Counted from the stretch's first letter, positions 8,681-19,920 are shown. The stretch is 64,000 bases of DNA from Fibrobacteria bacterium (GCA_037447435.1 JBBIGR010000012.1:40127-104126); one strand, 5' to 3'. The notes: a model not told the origin generated them from the sequence alone. Program-made: numbers and translations.

Positions 8681-11476
8681 TTATTGAAGCCGGAAAATCC
8701 GTTTAATACTTGTCGAACCGTTTACCGATGCACGTATGAAATAAATGCCGTTTCCTGCTGCATCCCGGCTTAATTGCAGCTGATGCCACCCTTGTTTTTG
8801 AATAGAAGGGACTACTTTATTCAGAACTCTGCCGGCTGCATTGAGAATTTCAAACGACACATTTGCAGTACTGCTGATATAATAATGCACCGTTCCGCTT
8901 TGGGTTTCTATTTTCAATACCGGAATTGCCATTTGCGACATCGTGGGCGCGGAAGGCCATTGCACCGCGGTAGGCGGAAGACCAACAACGGGAAAACTTA
9001 CCGTTCCATCGCCGAGTCCGGGAGACTTAGCGGTAACCGTCACCGTCCCCGAAGTAAATGTTGTGCGGACTGCGACTTTGCACATACCGCCTTCTATGGC
9101 CAGTTCGGGATCAAGGGGTGAATGATAAGTCAATGGTTTTCCAGGTGTGACCAATTGATCGGTGCCGCCCCTGTAATTCCCCGGTCCGGAAACGCTCCAA
9201 GTTATGTTGCCGCCGGCTGTCGGACACCAATTATTGTTTTTGTCAACAATTGTCGCGAGAATGAGGGCCGCATCGGTCCCGTTTGCCTTAAAAGTGAATG
9301 CTTCCCCACCGGGTTTTACAATATGATCATCTACTTTCAATGCGATATGGTCCGGCGCTTGGGCTGTCACTTTTTGGTCGGAACAAACGACGTTGCCGCT
9401 TGCGTCGAGGCCTTCTGCCTTTAATGTACCGGAGGCCCATGTGACGTCCCAGTAGCATTGATAAGGCATATCCGTGGATGTCTGGCTCATTCCATCGGTG
9501 GCCGTGTTCCACACATTCGGAACTTTTTCACTCACCGTTGTTCCATTGATGGAAAGTCGCACTTTGGGGCAATTGCTGAACACATTAACACGAACATTTC
9601 CCGACCTGTTCCAGTGATGGGCAATAGAAACCCTCGGTTTAATTGAAAACGGTGTCCAGGCTGCGCCGTAGATATAATATAAGAATTTTGGAATACGGTT
9701 AAAATCCATCATAGAGCATCCAAAGGACCTGCATAATTCCCCTGCGGTGCCGTCGACCAAATCATGGTTTTCTCCCGGAGTTTCGGCCAAATACCATTGG
9801 GCGATGCCGAAACAATTTGCCTTTTTGGCACTTTTCCATTTCTGGAGGAATTCGCCTGCAAATTGAAGTTCGTAGTCATATGCATATCGCGTAGATGCGC
9901 CGCCCCAATACTCCGCACCCCATGCGGGATTGTTGGGATAGGTGCTCTTAACAAGATTCTCGCAACCGCTCAAAGTACAAGAGAGAATGTCTCCATTCGC
10001 CGGGTTTGGCGTTCTATCCGCTTGGACCCTTGTATGTATAGAGTCCCACTTAGCTGATATCGCTTTTAGCGACTGGGCAAACGGCGTTGCAATTGCCCCA
10101 TTGCTCGCTTCCCAAGAAAGAATGGAAGGATCGTTTCGATCGCGAATGATCATGTCCCTGTGCAATTCACTCTTTAGAATGCCACGCGGATCGGTTGCTA
10201 CCGTGGCGCTAAAAGCACCCTCACCCTCGCCGCTGGGCTGTATAAGCATTATACCGTAATTATCGCACGCATCAACAAATCCCTTGCTGCAGGAGGAGTG
10301 CCCGGGTCTCCATAAATTTCCCCCGATGTCGGCAAGCAGTTTTGCGTCCCGCCATTCCACTTCAGGAGGCAGTGCCGTACCCAATGCCGGATAATCGTAT
10401 CGGGCGGATGCGCCGTATAAATAATGCGGATGTCCATTGAAACTGGGCAAATCCTTGTCCCAGGTTATGGTTCGTATCCCCAAGGGACTCTCAAAAACAT
10501 CCAGGGTGACTCCGCCGACCTTTACAATATGGTATACTTTGTACATGTACGGCTTTCCGAACGTGCTGTTATTCGGATACCACAAGGTGGGGTTGGAAAC
10601 AGTTCCGGTTTGACTGAACACATAACTTTGACCGGCAGCGATAGACTGGGTGTTATCAACACTCGAAACGACGGTGTTACCATTGCGAACGTCGACAATT
10701 TTAGAAGTAAGAGTAACATTCTGGGCCGTTGCGCTTTCATTTTGCACATTCGTTTGTATATTTATCGTGGCAGATGCAGTCGTAGCGCTTACTGTCGCGA
10801 CATAGGTTCCCCAATTATTCACAACAGAATACACGTTGAGCGGAACATGAACTTTGTCGGTGATATGCATCCATACCGGCCGAAACAATCCACCGTCACC
10901 CTGGCCGAACCGGAATACCAGTGAAAAACCGGGATCGGTGAAATAATTCCCATCTCCTTTGATCAGTCGCAATGCAAAAACATTGTCTGCGCCTCCAAAA
11001 CGTACATATGGGGTGATATCAACAACAAATCCAATGAATCCGATGACATGCGTCATTTTCGGGTTAATTGCGCTATTACCTTTTAGCAACGTATCGTTGA
11101 TATATGCCTGGACGCCGACGTGAGCGCCCTCGATTTCGATGAATATTTTCCTTCCGGCATATTGATTGTCAAGAGTGAAATGCTTCCGGTACCAGCATGT
11201 TCCGCCGAACATGGACCCGTCGCCGCCTCCCGCATTTTGGTTGATGAACGTATCGGTATCGTTATACGTATGGGGAATGCCGACGTCTTTCCATGCGGCA
11301 TCGTTAAAGGTGAGGCTTTGGGCATTTGAAGGATCGGACTTTGTAAATTTCCAGGGAGTCTCACCAAGATTGATTTTAATCCGGTTGCTCGCCTCCGGCG
11401 TATACGTTTCCGCCTGTGAGAATCCTATTCCCGTTATCAGGAAGATTGTTGCTGCAACCATGATTTTTTTAAGCAT
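8681..11476 (-). CDS. Secreted GH2 beta-galactosidase-like glycoside hydrolase (DUF4982-type) with T9SS-like C-terminus
   Basis: V.IPHTYN, WYRKHF, GGLFRPVW, GIRTI, RDRNDPSILSWE.SN and HHWN...VFSNC motifs. AAAGGA RBS before MLKK. Confidence 0.88.
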   Translation of the reverse strand: MLKKIMVAATIFLITGIGFSQAETYTPEASNRIKINLGETPWKFTKSDPSNAQSLTFNDAAWKDVGIPHTYNDTDTFINQNAGGGDGSMFGGTCWYRKHFTLDNQYAGRKIFIEIEGAHVGVQAYINDTLLKGNSAINPKMTHVIGFIGFVVDITPYVRFGGADNVFALRLIKGDGNYFTDPGFSLVFRFGQGDGGLFRPVWMHITDKVHVPLNVYSVVNNWGTYVATVSATTASATINIQTNVQNESATAQNVTLTSKIVDVRNGNTVVSSVDNTQSIAAGQSYVFSQTGTVSNPTLWYPNNSTFGKPYMYKVYHIVKVGGVTLDVFESPLGIRTITWDKDLPSFNGHPHYLYGASARYDYPALGTALPPEVEWRDAKLLADIGGNLWRPGHSSCSKGFVDACDNYGIMLIQPSGEGEGAFSATVATDPRGILKSELHRDMIIRDRNDPSILSWEASNGAIATPFAQSLKAISAKWDSIHTRVQADRTPNPANGDILSCTLSGCENLVKSTYPNNPAWGAEYWGGASTRYAYDYELQFAGEFLQKWKSAKKANCFGIAQWYLAETPGENHDLVDGTAGELCRSFGCSMMDFNRIPKFLYYIYGAAWTPFSIKPRVSIAHHWNRSGNVRVNVFSNCPKVRLSINGTTVSEKVPNVWNTATDGMSQTSTDMPYQCYWDVTWASGTLKAEGLDASGNVVCSDQKVTAQAPDHIALKVDDHIVKPGGEAFTFKANGTDAALILATIVDKNNNWCPTAGGNITWSVSGPGNYRGGTDQLVTPGKPLTYHSPLDPELAIEGGMCKVAVRTTFTSGTVTVTAKSPGLGDGTVSFPVVGLPPTAVQWPSAPTMSQMAIPVLKIETQSGTVHYYISSTANVSFEILNAAGRVLNKVVPSIQKQGWHQLQLSRDAAGNGIYFIRASVNGSTSIKRIFRLQ

Positions 11477-11505
11477 ATCAAATCCTTTGTTGTAATAATT
11501 CTGCA

Positions 11506-13146
11506 TTAATGCAAATTCCAAGGGACCTTCTGGGAAACCGCTTGCACCGGAGAATCGTCCTGGTATTGTACCGTGAGCGTATCGTTATCCTGAACGGCAA
11601 TATTATTGGCGCCGGAAACTGCCGTGGAAAAGCCCACCGACCCGCTGAAATACCGTATCGACCCTGCAACCGCTTTCAATGTGTCTTTTATCCCTACGGG
11701 ATTCACTTTACTTTTGACCGTAACGATTGCGGTGCTGTCCGTGATGTCATCATCGATTAATTTTATCGACATTTTACTTGCCACGCCATGATATGCGGTC
11801 GAATCCATGGTTATTGCCGCAAGATATGGCTCCCAGACGCAGGTACTGCCGATAATATCTTTCGCCGGCGTCAGATCGTGGTATTTAATGAGTATATTGT
11901 CATTTGTTGTTCCCATAACCGCAAGAACACTATCGCCTTGCGAGGCTTTTAAGGAAAAACGAATCTGGCCTGTATAGCTGCCGAAAGATCCTACTACCTG
12001 TCGCAACTTGGTGATTATGCCGACGTTGTCTTTGTCGCTTGCGACAGTGACCGTTACAAATGAGTCCGCGACATCGGCATCCCACAAATTAACGGTCATT
12101 TTTTTCAAAACCCCTTTATACGGAGATAATCCGGGCTGAACATTGCCCGGTGTTCCGCTCCAGGATACCTCGGTAGAATCGAGTTGGAGCGGAGTTGCGT
12201 CGGAATAATAAGCCGAAACTACATCTCCATCAAGTACCTTGATGAGGTGCTTGACGGAATCTGATTTGACAATAGACAAAAAGACGGTGTCCGAATATGT
12301 TCCTGCCGATGACGTAACTTTCCGTAGCGGCATCGTAAATCCTTTGCCGTCCGAAGTGCTCTTTACCTTAATCAACACCGTCGCTGCGACAAGATCCGAA
12401 TCGGTAACCGTCACGACAATCGGGTTCTGGCACCCCTGATAAGACCCGTTTTCGAAAGAAATACTTCCCTCACTTCCCGCTTTGGCAGTGAGAAGAAAGT
12501 TATTGGTACCAACATAAGCGGTGATCGCTTTCCTGACGGTTGCGTACCCCAGGGCCGACACCATCAACGTATCGTTGATCGCCACAGCCTTTATCAATCC
12601 GCTTCCAAAACGATTATTCTTCTCGTTTCCAACGAAATCAATTGCGGATTCGGACGCGTTTTTTGCATAGGGGATTCTCAAAGTATATGTTTTTTCGGAA
12701 ATTTGAACCTTGGCAAAATACAGTTGACCTGCAAGCGGTTCCTTAAAGGGATTGACTTGATAAGTTCCTTTTGAAAGTCTGGTATTGACAATAGACGAAA
12801 TGTGTTTTCCGCACAAATCAAAAAGGTCAATTTGCACGGGTTCTTCGCTTTTTGAAATACCGAAGAATATTCTACTTTGGTGTGAATAGGGTGTTTTAAA
12901 CTGAACGGCGTTTATGGATCTCAAAAATTTTACTTGGGACCCACTGAGCGAATAGTTACCATTCGCGTCGGTTTTTGCAGAAATAAGGGGTTCCGCTATA
13001 AGACTCACCGTTGCGTTGGCAATTCCTATTTGTGTAGAATTGTCCTTTACGGTTCCGGTCAGGTTAACCGCTTGAGCGTTTATCGAAAATGCCGATAACC
13101 CCGCGAACAGAATTGTGTTCGCAACAAAGATGCGATATTTTTTCAT
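11506..13146 (-). CDS. Secreted protein: carboxypeptidase-regulatory-like domain, internal T9SS-like segment and three ~105-aa repeats
   Basis: Signal peptide. LTGTVKD...IANATV...TDANGNY. LFDLCGK...GQLYF. Three repeats sharing V.(D)xDx.....V.VKS......G....L......G and QD.D...Y.D. Confidence 0.65.
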   Translation of the reverse strand: MKKYRIFVANTILFAGLSAFSINAQAVNLTGTVKDNSTQIGIANATVSLIAEPLISAKTDANGNYSLSGSQVKFLRSINAVQFKTPYSHQSRIFFGISKSEEPVQIDLFDLCGKHISSIVNTRLSKGTYQVNPFKEPLAGQLYFAKVQISEKTYTLRIPYAKNASESAIDFVGNEKNNRFGSGLIKAVAINDTLMVSALGYATVRKAITAYVGTNNFLLTAKAGSEGSISFENGSYQGCQNPIVVTVTDSDLVAATVLIKVKSTSDGKGFTMPLRKVTSSAGTYSDTVFLSIVKSDSVKHLIKVLDGDVVSAYYSDATPLQLDSTEVSWSGTPGNVQPGLSPYKGVLKKMTVNLWDADVADSFVTVTVASDKDNVGIITKLRQVVGSFGSYTGQIRFSLKASQGDSVLAVMGTTNDNILIKYHDLTPAKDIIGSTCVWEPYLAAITMDSTAYHGVASKMSIKLIDDDITDSTAIVTVKSKVNPVGIKDTLKAVAGSIRYFSGSVGFSTAVSGANNIAVQDNDTLTVQYQDDSPVQAVSQKVPWNLH

Positions 13147-13406
13147 GTTTTGCCTCTGCTAAAAGTATACAACTTTAATCTTTGCTTTTCATCGTCTTTT
13201 TTTAGCAACTAGAAATATAACCGGAAAAAATTTCTTTTGCACGCAATATTTTCTAAAAAAACAATGTATATAGATATATTTAATATAAGATGTTGAATTA
13301 TAATATATAAAATTGATTTAAATATACATTTATTATGTTAATTTAGTTGAGGCGCTTATGGGTATTCCAAATCACAACACATGACTTCTCTGGAAACCTC
13401 TAAATA

Positions 13407-13439
13407 AAAGAGGAGGCACTTTATAGACACCTCCTCTTT
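13407..13439 (-). terminator. Probable intrinsic terminator
   Basis: aaagaggagg...cctcctcttt inverted repeat downstream of the stop at 13475. Confidence 0.6.
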
Positions 13440-13474
13440 GCGATAATGATTAATTGATGCTTGATTACATTGTC

Positions 13475-16400
13475 CTATTGGGGTAATAAGGATTTATACG
13501 CCGTATAGCTGTTTCCCACCATAAAAATAGATGTGCTGTTTACCGCGAGGCCCGATACATATGAACCACTCGGGAGACCGGTATTTACAGCTCCCCAGTT
13601 TTCTCCATTATTTGTGGATAAGTAAACACCATTACCTGAAGTTCCTGCAAAAAGATAGGTTCCGCTCACAGCAAGGCTTGAAATAGCCACGCCGCTAGGC
13701 AAACCAGTGTTAACGGCGCTCCAAGTTCCTGAATTATTATCGAGTTTGACAACACCGCCAGCAGTTCCGGCAAAAAGTGTATTCTGGCAAATTGCAAGAG
13801 CACTAACAGACGTACTGGGAAATCCGGAAACATTATTCCAATAAATGCCGGAAGGAGTCGTATAGGATAAGCCGCTATTTGTTCCTGCATACACATAGCT
13901 TCCGTTCCCAATGAGCGCCTGTACGTTAGAAATACTTCTGCCGTCGGTTGACCAACTTGCACCATTATTAGTTGAAACTAAAACCCCTGCATCTGTACCG
14001 GCATAAAGAGTGGAAGTACCTACAAGAGCAAACGCATGTACATCGGAACCGGGAGTGTTTGTAGTCCAGGTGGATCCATTATTAGTGGAAGAGTAAATGC
14101 TGGGTCCTAAACTCGCTTGTCCAGTACCATACAATGAAACGCCTCCGCATTGCGCAACACAGTAGCCATATTCGGCAAAGCCGGGGCCGGATGACCAAGT
14201 TTTCCCATTATCGGGCGATATTTGCAAACCATTTTTTTGAACTCCTAACAAAATGGTATTACCGTTTGTTGCAACCGAAAAGAAGTGATTTGTTGCACTA
14301 CCGGCATCCAATATTACAGACCATGAACATGCTAAAGCGGCAAAATTAGCAGTCACCGTAGCATTACCTGAAGTCAATGATATGGTGGTTGAGGCACTGG
14401 TACTACTTGCGATTGTTCCTGAACCCGTAGTTACAACCCAATTTACAAATTTATAGCCGCCGGCAGCAGTCGCTGTTATCGTGGTGTTCACACCGTAATT
14501 CACTGGAGTGGAAGAAGAAGGCGACACCGTTCCGCCACCATTCGGACTGACGGCTGTTGAGAGCATATAGGTAATTTGCGAAAATGTCACGCTTATCGAA
14601 TGATTTGCAGTTACATTGTTGAACGTATAGCTCGGTGCAGCAGCCTGCGACACGCCGTCTATTAAAAGATTAGCAACCGCAAACCCGGTATTTGGCGTAA
14701 TGGTATAACTTTGCGATCCATTGTAGGGAACGCTTTTGGAACCTGCAGGCGAAATCGAGCCGTTTGCCCCGGCACTAGCATTAATAGTAAAGAAAATCCC
14801 CGTAAAATTAGCGGTCACCGATGCATTGCCCGTTATCAAGGTCACCGTTGTCGAGGCATTATTGGCATTGGCAATGGTCGCCGTTCCATTGGGTACGGTC
14901 CAATTGACAAAAGTATATCCGGCATTCGGAACGGCATTTATCGTCGTAGCCTGTCCGTAATTGACGGTAGCGGGTGAGACAGACGGCACGGTTATTGTCC
15001 CGCCAGTTTGCGCAGAAACAGTCAGTTGAAACGATTTTAACGAAAAATTTGCCGTGTCATTTTTCGAATTATTCATGACTATTGAAATAGAATCGGAAGT
15101 GCCGGCCGTATCGCCGCTCCACGTTACGAATTGATATCCGGTATTCGGGACAGCCTTAAGCCCAACAACTGTGCCTGAATCATATAGTGCTGCGTTCGGT
15201 GTTTTTGTAACTGTTCCGTTAACGCTCGCCATGTTCAGCATAAATTGTTGTTTGGTGCTGAATTTCCGCGATGCGGACCAATCGCCTTTTCCTGAACTAT
15301 TTCGTGCACTTACCCGCCAGAAATATGTTGTCCCATTCGAAAGACCCGCAAAAGTTTTTGATGTATCATTCAAGGTTGAGTCCTGCAAAACAATCGTTCC
15401 AAAAGTACTGCTGGTTGATACTTGTACGTGATAGGTGTTTGCATACGCAACAGAGTTCCATCGTAGGGTCGTCCCTGGGGACTGGGCCGCAGCCCCATCG
15501 GCCGGCGACAAAAGAGTCGGCGCCGAAGGAACAGGCAAATTGCTGCCCACCAAGACCGTCACTGTTATTAAGACGGAATCTGTTTTGTCTTTTGCTTTCA
15601 GGATAACCTGATACGTCCCCGAATCCCCAACATTCGATGTCCAATTTAGAGAATCGTTTTTCAAAATTGCCGTTGTAGGACGTTTGAGCGTTGTACTGGA
15701 AATGGAAATGACAGGAGTATCCCCGTCAGGGTCACTTGCTTTTACCGGAAATGACAGCACTGCGTTTCCCGAAACATCGTACGTTGCTTTAGGCATGTTT
15801 GCGATGAATGCCGGGGGTCTGTTGACGTTCGTGATATGCAATAAGATTGTTAGCACGCTTGGCGAACCAATCCCGTCTGAAGCCTGGATTTTGATAACCT
15901 TCTCACCCGAATCCGAATAGGTCGCCGTATCTTTCCAAGTAGAAAAAACCAAGGAATTCTTTAGCGGATCACCGGTGACCATTTGATAGGTTATTTTATC
16001 GCCATTCGCATCGGTTATGGAATCGGCAAGATTCAGAGAAATTGAGGAATTTTCCGGAATTTCAATTCGTATAGTATCATGCACCCATTTTGGGGGAACA
16101 TTGATTGTTGTTGACAAGATGCGCAAAGATGACTTCGACACACCTTGAGAATTCGAAGCAACTATATAATAGTAAAAAGCCGTATCATTGATGAGATTCG
16201 AAATTGTCGTATCGGAGATTGTTTTGAAAAGCGAAAAACTTAATGTGTCCCGTCCTCGGTAAATTTTATAGAGATCCGCATTTTTGGATTTATTCCAACT
16301 AAACACAAAAATTCCGTTGTTTCGGGAAATGGCTTTTAATCCCGTAATACTGTCGGGCAAGGGGATCGACGCCGACATGGTAAATTGCACCGTCTGCGTA

Positions 16401-17344
16401 TCTGCCAATTGCGGAGTGCCGTTATCTACAACCGCAAAAACAACGGAATCCGTTCCACTAAAAGCCGCCGCGGGTTTAAACACAAAGATATTGTTGACGA
16501 AGGAATATCCCGCGGGTGCCTTTACGACTGAAACGGTGTCGGATGCGCCAGAATCCGGATCGGTAACTGATACCGAAAGGGTACAGATTTCTCCTATCAC
16601 ATAACTTTTTCTTCCGGTTATCGTGAGCTGTGGCTTTGTATTGATTTTAACTATGGATTTAGGAATAACCGCAAGGTGTGCCGAATTGGAAACGGCAGTA
16701 TCTCCATATTGGTCTGCCGTGCGGCACGAATACAAACCGGAATCAGATGCGGTAAGGCCGGCAATTGTCAAGGTTGGCCCGGTTTTCCCGGGCAAAATTG
16801 TTTGATTGCGAAACCATTGATATGTCAGGTTCGTGTCCCCTTGCACTAAGGCAATAAAGGTAGAGGCATCCCCTTCTTTTTCGGTATCCGTAACCGGCTT
16901 GACGACTGCTGCCAGTGTTTTGCCCACGATGGTAATTATTCCATTGTAATCCCGGGTATTTCCGCCTTGAAAATAGGCACGGGCAATAACGTTATGTATA
17001 CCCTTCGTTTTTATGGAAAATGTTACCCATTGAGTATCTTCATCTGATTTAAAATTATGGCCTTTAAAACTTACGTCCGGATTTCCTGCGTCTTTGGCAA
17101 CCGTTACGGTAATCGAATCCACAAAATTATACAAATACGGGCAAACTCCTATTGTGATAGGTTTCCCAACCGTATCTGTTATTTCATTGGATGAACTGAT
17201 GTGCTGATTGGAATCGATAATTATAAGCGATGCCTTGGCATTTTCAGGTAGAGTAAACGGATTTTCAATATTGGCAGTACATAAAAATAAAAATGGCATC
17301 GCAATACCAAGGAACCACCAAATAAATACTGGTTTTTTATTCAT
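13475..17344 (-). CDS. Large surface protein/lipoprotein with Ig-like, cadherin-like, FN3-like and InlB B-repeat-like domains and a C-terminal BNR/Ycf48-like beta-propeller
   Basis: N-terminal hydrophobic stretch ending in Cys. YQW...DSGLYSC (Ig), D.DGD, TYFWRVSA.N (FN3), repeated P..GY.F..W...ANF, and repeated S.NNG.TW. Confidence 0.75.
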   Translation of the reverse strand: MNKKPVFIWWFLGIAMPFLFLCTANIENPFTLPENAKASLIIIDSNQHISSSNEITDTVGKPITIGVCPYLYNFVDSITVTVAKDAGNPDVSFKGHNFKSDEDTQWVTFSIKTKGIHNVIARAYFQGGNTRDYNGIITIVGKTLAAVVKPVTDTEKEGDASTFIALVQGDTNLTYQWFRNQTILPGKTGPTLTIAGLTASDSGLYSCRTADQYGDTAVSNSAHLAVIPKSIVKINTKPQLTITGRKSYVIGEICTLSVSVTDPDSGASDTVSVVKAPAGYSFVNNIFVFKPAAAFSGTDSVVFAVVDNGTPQLADTQTVQFTMSASIPLPDSITGLKAISRNNGIFVFSWNKSKNADLYKIYRGRDTLSFSLFKTISDTTISNLINDTAFYYYIVASNSQGVSKSSLRILSTTINVPPKWVHDTIRIEIPENSSISLNLADSITDANGDKITYQMVTGDPLKNSLVFSTWKDTATYSDSGEKVIKIQASDGIGSPSVLTILLHITNVNRPPAFIANMPKATYDVSGNAVLSFPVKASDPDGDTPVISISSTTLKRPTTAILKNDSLNWTSNVGDSGTYQVILKAKDKTDSVLITVTVLVGSNLPVPSAPTLLSPADGAAAQSPGTTLRWNSVAYANTYHVQVSTSSTFGTIVLQDSTLNDTSKTFAGLSNGTTYFWRVSARNSSGKGDWSASRKFSTKQQFMLNMASVNGTVTKTPNAALYDSGTVVGLKAVPNTGYQFVTWSGDTAGTSDSISIVMNNSKNDTANFSLKSFQLTVSAQTGGTITVPSVSPATVNYGQATTINAVPNAGYTFVNWTVPNGTATIANANNASTTVTLITGNASVTANFTGIFFTINASAGANGSISPAGSKSVPYNGSQSYTITPNTGFAVANLLIDGVSQAAAPSYTFNNVTANHSISVTFSQITYMLSTAVSPNGGGTVSPSSSTPVNYGVNTTITATAAGGYKFVNWVVTTGSGTIASSTSASTTISLTSGNATVTANFAALACSWSVILDAGSATNHFFSVATNGNTILLGVQKNGLQISPDNGKTWSSGPGFAEYGYCVAQCGGVSLYGTGQASLGPSIYSSTNNGSTWTTNTPGSDVHAFALVGTSTLYAGTDAGVLVSTNNGASWSTDGRSISNVQALIGNGSYVYAGTNSGLSYTTPSGIYWNNVSGFPSTSVSALAICQNTLFAGTAGGVVKLDNNSGTWSAVNTGLPSGVAISSLAVSGTYLFAGTSGNGVYLSTNNGENWGAVNTGLPSGSYVSGLAVNSTSIFMVGNSYTAYKSLLPQ

Positions 17345-17715
17345 ATAATTCCCCTTCGAATAGTATGTTTCGACAATTGATTTTTTTAAATTTGCACGAA
17401 TAACTTGGCATGAAGCCGAAGCAGGTCCTCTTGGCGCAAATTTTAATTATCTGCGGCCAATCGTAATGCTAGAATCTGTTTAATTAGCAACACCTTATAA
17501 AGAACAATATATAATCCGGTATTAATGCGGAAAACATATAGATGGTGAAAAACAAAAAATCAAAAGGAAGGAAAAACGAAAAATGGAAGAAAAAGGATCA
17601 ATGCATTTTCGTCCAACGTATTGATTATGCAAAATCCCAAAGCCGGTAACTTACTGGGACTGTTTTCTAATCCTAAACCTGACTTTAATTCATTGATAGA
17701 TGTAAAATTTAGATG

Positions 17716-17988
17716 TTATATGCCCATATTATTCAGGGTGCTGACGACAGTCCGAATCATGGCTGCCAGCGCGGGATGAGTAGCGTTAAAATGCCGGGCC
17801 GATTCCGCAAGGCGCTCTTTTACTGTTGAATGTTGTTCGGACGGATTCTCGCTTTTATGGGCAAGCAAAAATTGGACATCGCTTTGTATTTTTTCAAGAA
17901 GTATTGTTGATTCCTTGTCAACAGATTCGATTGTTGCAAGTTCCTGATGGAGATTCTTCAGATGTTCTTTTAGGTCGTTGTTGCTCAT
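17716..17988 (-). CDS. DUF4404-like small helical protein
   Basis: L.E.L..LH.EL ... F...HP.L......V..L..MGI pattern. AAGGGA RBS. Confidence 0.75.
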   Translation of the reverse strand: MSNNDLKEHLKNLHQELATIESVDKESTILLEKIQSDVQFLLAHKSENPSEQHSTVKERLAESARHFNATHPALAAMIRTVVSTLNNMGI

Positions 17989-18146
17989 ATAATTCCCTTT
18001 TTGTTATGATACGTATTTTGTTTTAATTAAAGATAAGGCATTCCGTATCATAAGATAATATACCGGTTGTATGATGACTATAATCTTATTTTCCCATCAA
18101 ATAGCGCCTATTGGAATTATTTTGGTTTCGACTTGCGCCTACTAAT

Positions 18147-18178
18147 AAAGATCCCCGCAGCAAGCTGAGGGGATCTTT
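18147..18178. terminator. Hairpin (REP-like CCCC-GCAGCAAGCTG-GGGG), probable terminator
   Basis: aaagatcccc gcagcaagctga ggggatcttt downstream of the stop at 18226. Confidence 0.6.
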
Positions 18179-18225
18179 CAATCCTTGTTTCACCCTAAAA
18201 AAAACTTTTGCCTTTCTGCATACAT

Positions 18226-19920
18226 TTAAAGCAAGGGAATCGTCTTATAGGTAGCAATTTTATTTCCAATTTTAATGCGCATTATGACTGATCCGGAAGA
18301 AATTCCATTGGTCCGCGGTGACCAACGGACGGTACCTGATCCGCCGAAATCGGACCTGTGCAAAACGCCGAGGCATTTTCCGGATATTGAAAACATTGTC
18401 AATTCAATCGGTTCGTTTCCATCTATAGTATTATAATGCAAAGTAATTATAATACATTTATTAACATATGTCCACGTAACCGGATCAACCGCCTCGAAAT
18501 TTCCGATTAATGATTTCCCTGAATTTATAGTATTGACACGATAGACATTATAATTAGGATCGTACAGCCCGGTTGCCGGAATGCTTACCATATCCGACGT
18601 ATCGGCAAACACATCTTCTTCGTTGCAAACCGGCACTCCGGTATTCTCATAAAATGCCGCCAACTGATTCGGCAATACATCATCTTCAAGCGCGAGCAAA
18701 GCAAATGTGGTGTCGACAAAACCAAATGTCGCAGCCAAAGACTTTGGCAGTTTCTGTTCAAGCGATATAATGGTTTGCGATCCGGCAATAAGCTTGGAAG
18801 TTACGGCAGAATTCAATGATGCGGATATATTTGGAACCTCAATTAACTTATAAATCATTTCACCGTTTACATAAGCACTCCATATGACCTTCGGCACAAT
18901 TGGAGTTACGGTATATATATTCAGCGACCTGCCCCAGTCTATATTGGAGCTCAGTTGGGCAACATCGTTGAAACTCATCGAAACTCCGGTACTACAAGCA
19001 GATGTTCCGTTTCCGATTGATGCAAAAATGTTAAGAGTTCCAGCTTTTTTTCCTGCGCCGAGTGTTGCTATATACGCTTTAAGGGAATCAAGGAATTGTG
19101 ATACGGCGAAATTACTCACCTTTACCAATTCTCCCGGCATGAGAACATTATCAATATTGGAAACTTCCATTGTTGTTTTTTTAGAAAGAGAATCTGTTGG
19201 AAATTGCGGTATAATAGTATTGGGTGTTCCGGAAACAGAATAAGAATAGGCTAGGACATTTTTAAATTGGACGGAATCGGTACAGGTTACGGAGGTTCCT
19301 GCGGAATTGGTGATTTTAAAGCCACTCAAACCTTCTCCTTTTTTAACCGTTACAACACCATCACTTGTAAAAGCATACGGAAATCCCGCCTGCATGCTCC
19401 CGTTAGCCAAAGTCATGGGTACAAGATATCGAAACCGTAATCTCCTTGTTCCCTGAAAAATTACCGGAAAAATTGAAATATCGTAATTATCGTTTCCGCG
19501 ATATTCTAAAATGACAGGATCCCGTGGCCGGGGCGGCACAACAGCATTTCTGTCTACAACTTGTTCATATTGCTGACGAGCGATTTCTTTCCGTTTAAGC
19601 TTAGCCTTAAGCATTTTGTCTTTATACCAAAGAATCATGCCAACGACAACAGAACCTTGATTCAAGTTTAGGTTCCCCACAATTTCCAATGAGCTGTCAT
19701 ATTGGGCAGGTTTAACACCATCTGCTTTAAAAATCCATTCCAAATCCACATCAAGGTAATCCCGTTGTACCGTCACTTTCATATCTTCTTTAATTATTGT
19801 TGCAGTCCCGGTCCACGTTGCACCTTGCGTTGCTTGACTGCGAAAAATTCCATGCTGAAAACCGATAGCAAATGTTGCGGATACAAATAACAGCACAAAA
19901 ACAGACGTGGAACGGATCAT
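18226..19920 (-). CDS. Secreted VIT-domain-like protein with T9SS-like C-terminus
   Basis: LE...NL..GSVV.GM.LW...AKL....A.QQYE..V...RDP..LE...Y...IFP (VIT-like). Signal peptide. GGAGG RBS. Confidence 0.65.
   Translation of the reverse strand: MIRSTSVFVLLFVSATFAIGFQHGIFRSQATQGATWTGTATIIKEDMKVTVQRDYLDVDLEWIFKADGVKPAQYDSSLEIVGNLNLNQGSVVVGMILWYKDKMLKAKLKRKEIARQQYEQVVDRNAVVPPRPRDPVILEYRGNDNYDISIFPVIFQGTRRLRFRYLVPMTLANGSMQAGFPYAFTSDGVVTVKKGEGLSGFKITNSAGTSVTCTDSVQFKNVLAYSYSVSGTPNTIIPQFPTDSLSKKTTMEVSNIDNVLMPGELVKVSNFAVSQFLDSLKAYIATLGAGKKAGTLNIFASIGNGTSACSTGVSMSFNDVAQLSSNIDWGRSLNIYTVTPIVPKVIWSAYVNGEMIYKLIEVPNISASLNSAVTSKLIAGSQTIISLEQKLPKSLAATFGFVDTTFALLALEDDVLPNQLAAFYENTGVPVCNEEDVFADTSDMVSIPATGLYDPNYNVYRVNTINSGKSLIGNFEAVDPVTWTYVNKCIIITLHYNTIDGNEPIELTMFSISGKCLGVLHRSDFGGSGTVRWSPRTNGISSGSVIMRIKIGNKIATYKTIPLL

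Noticed and set aside
18147..18178. REP-like hairpin as a mobile-element end
   Set aside because: Single copy with no transposase nearby; best explained as a terminator.
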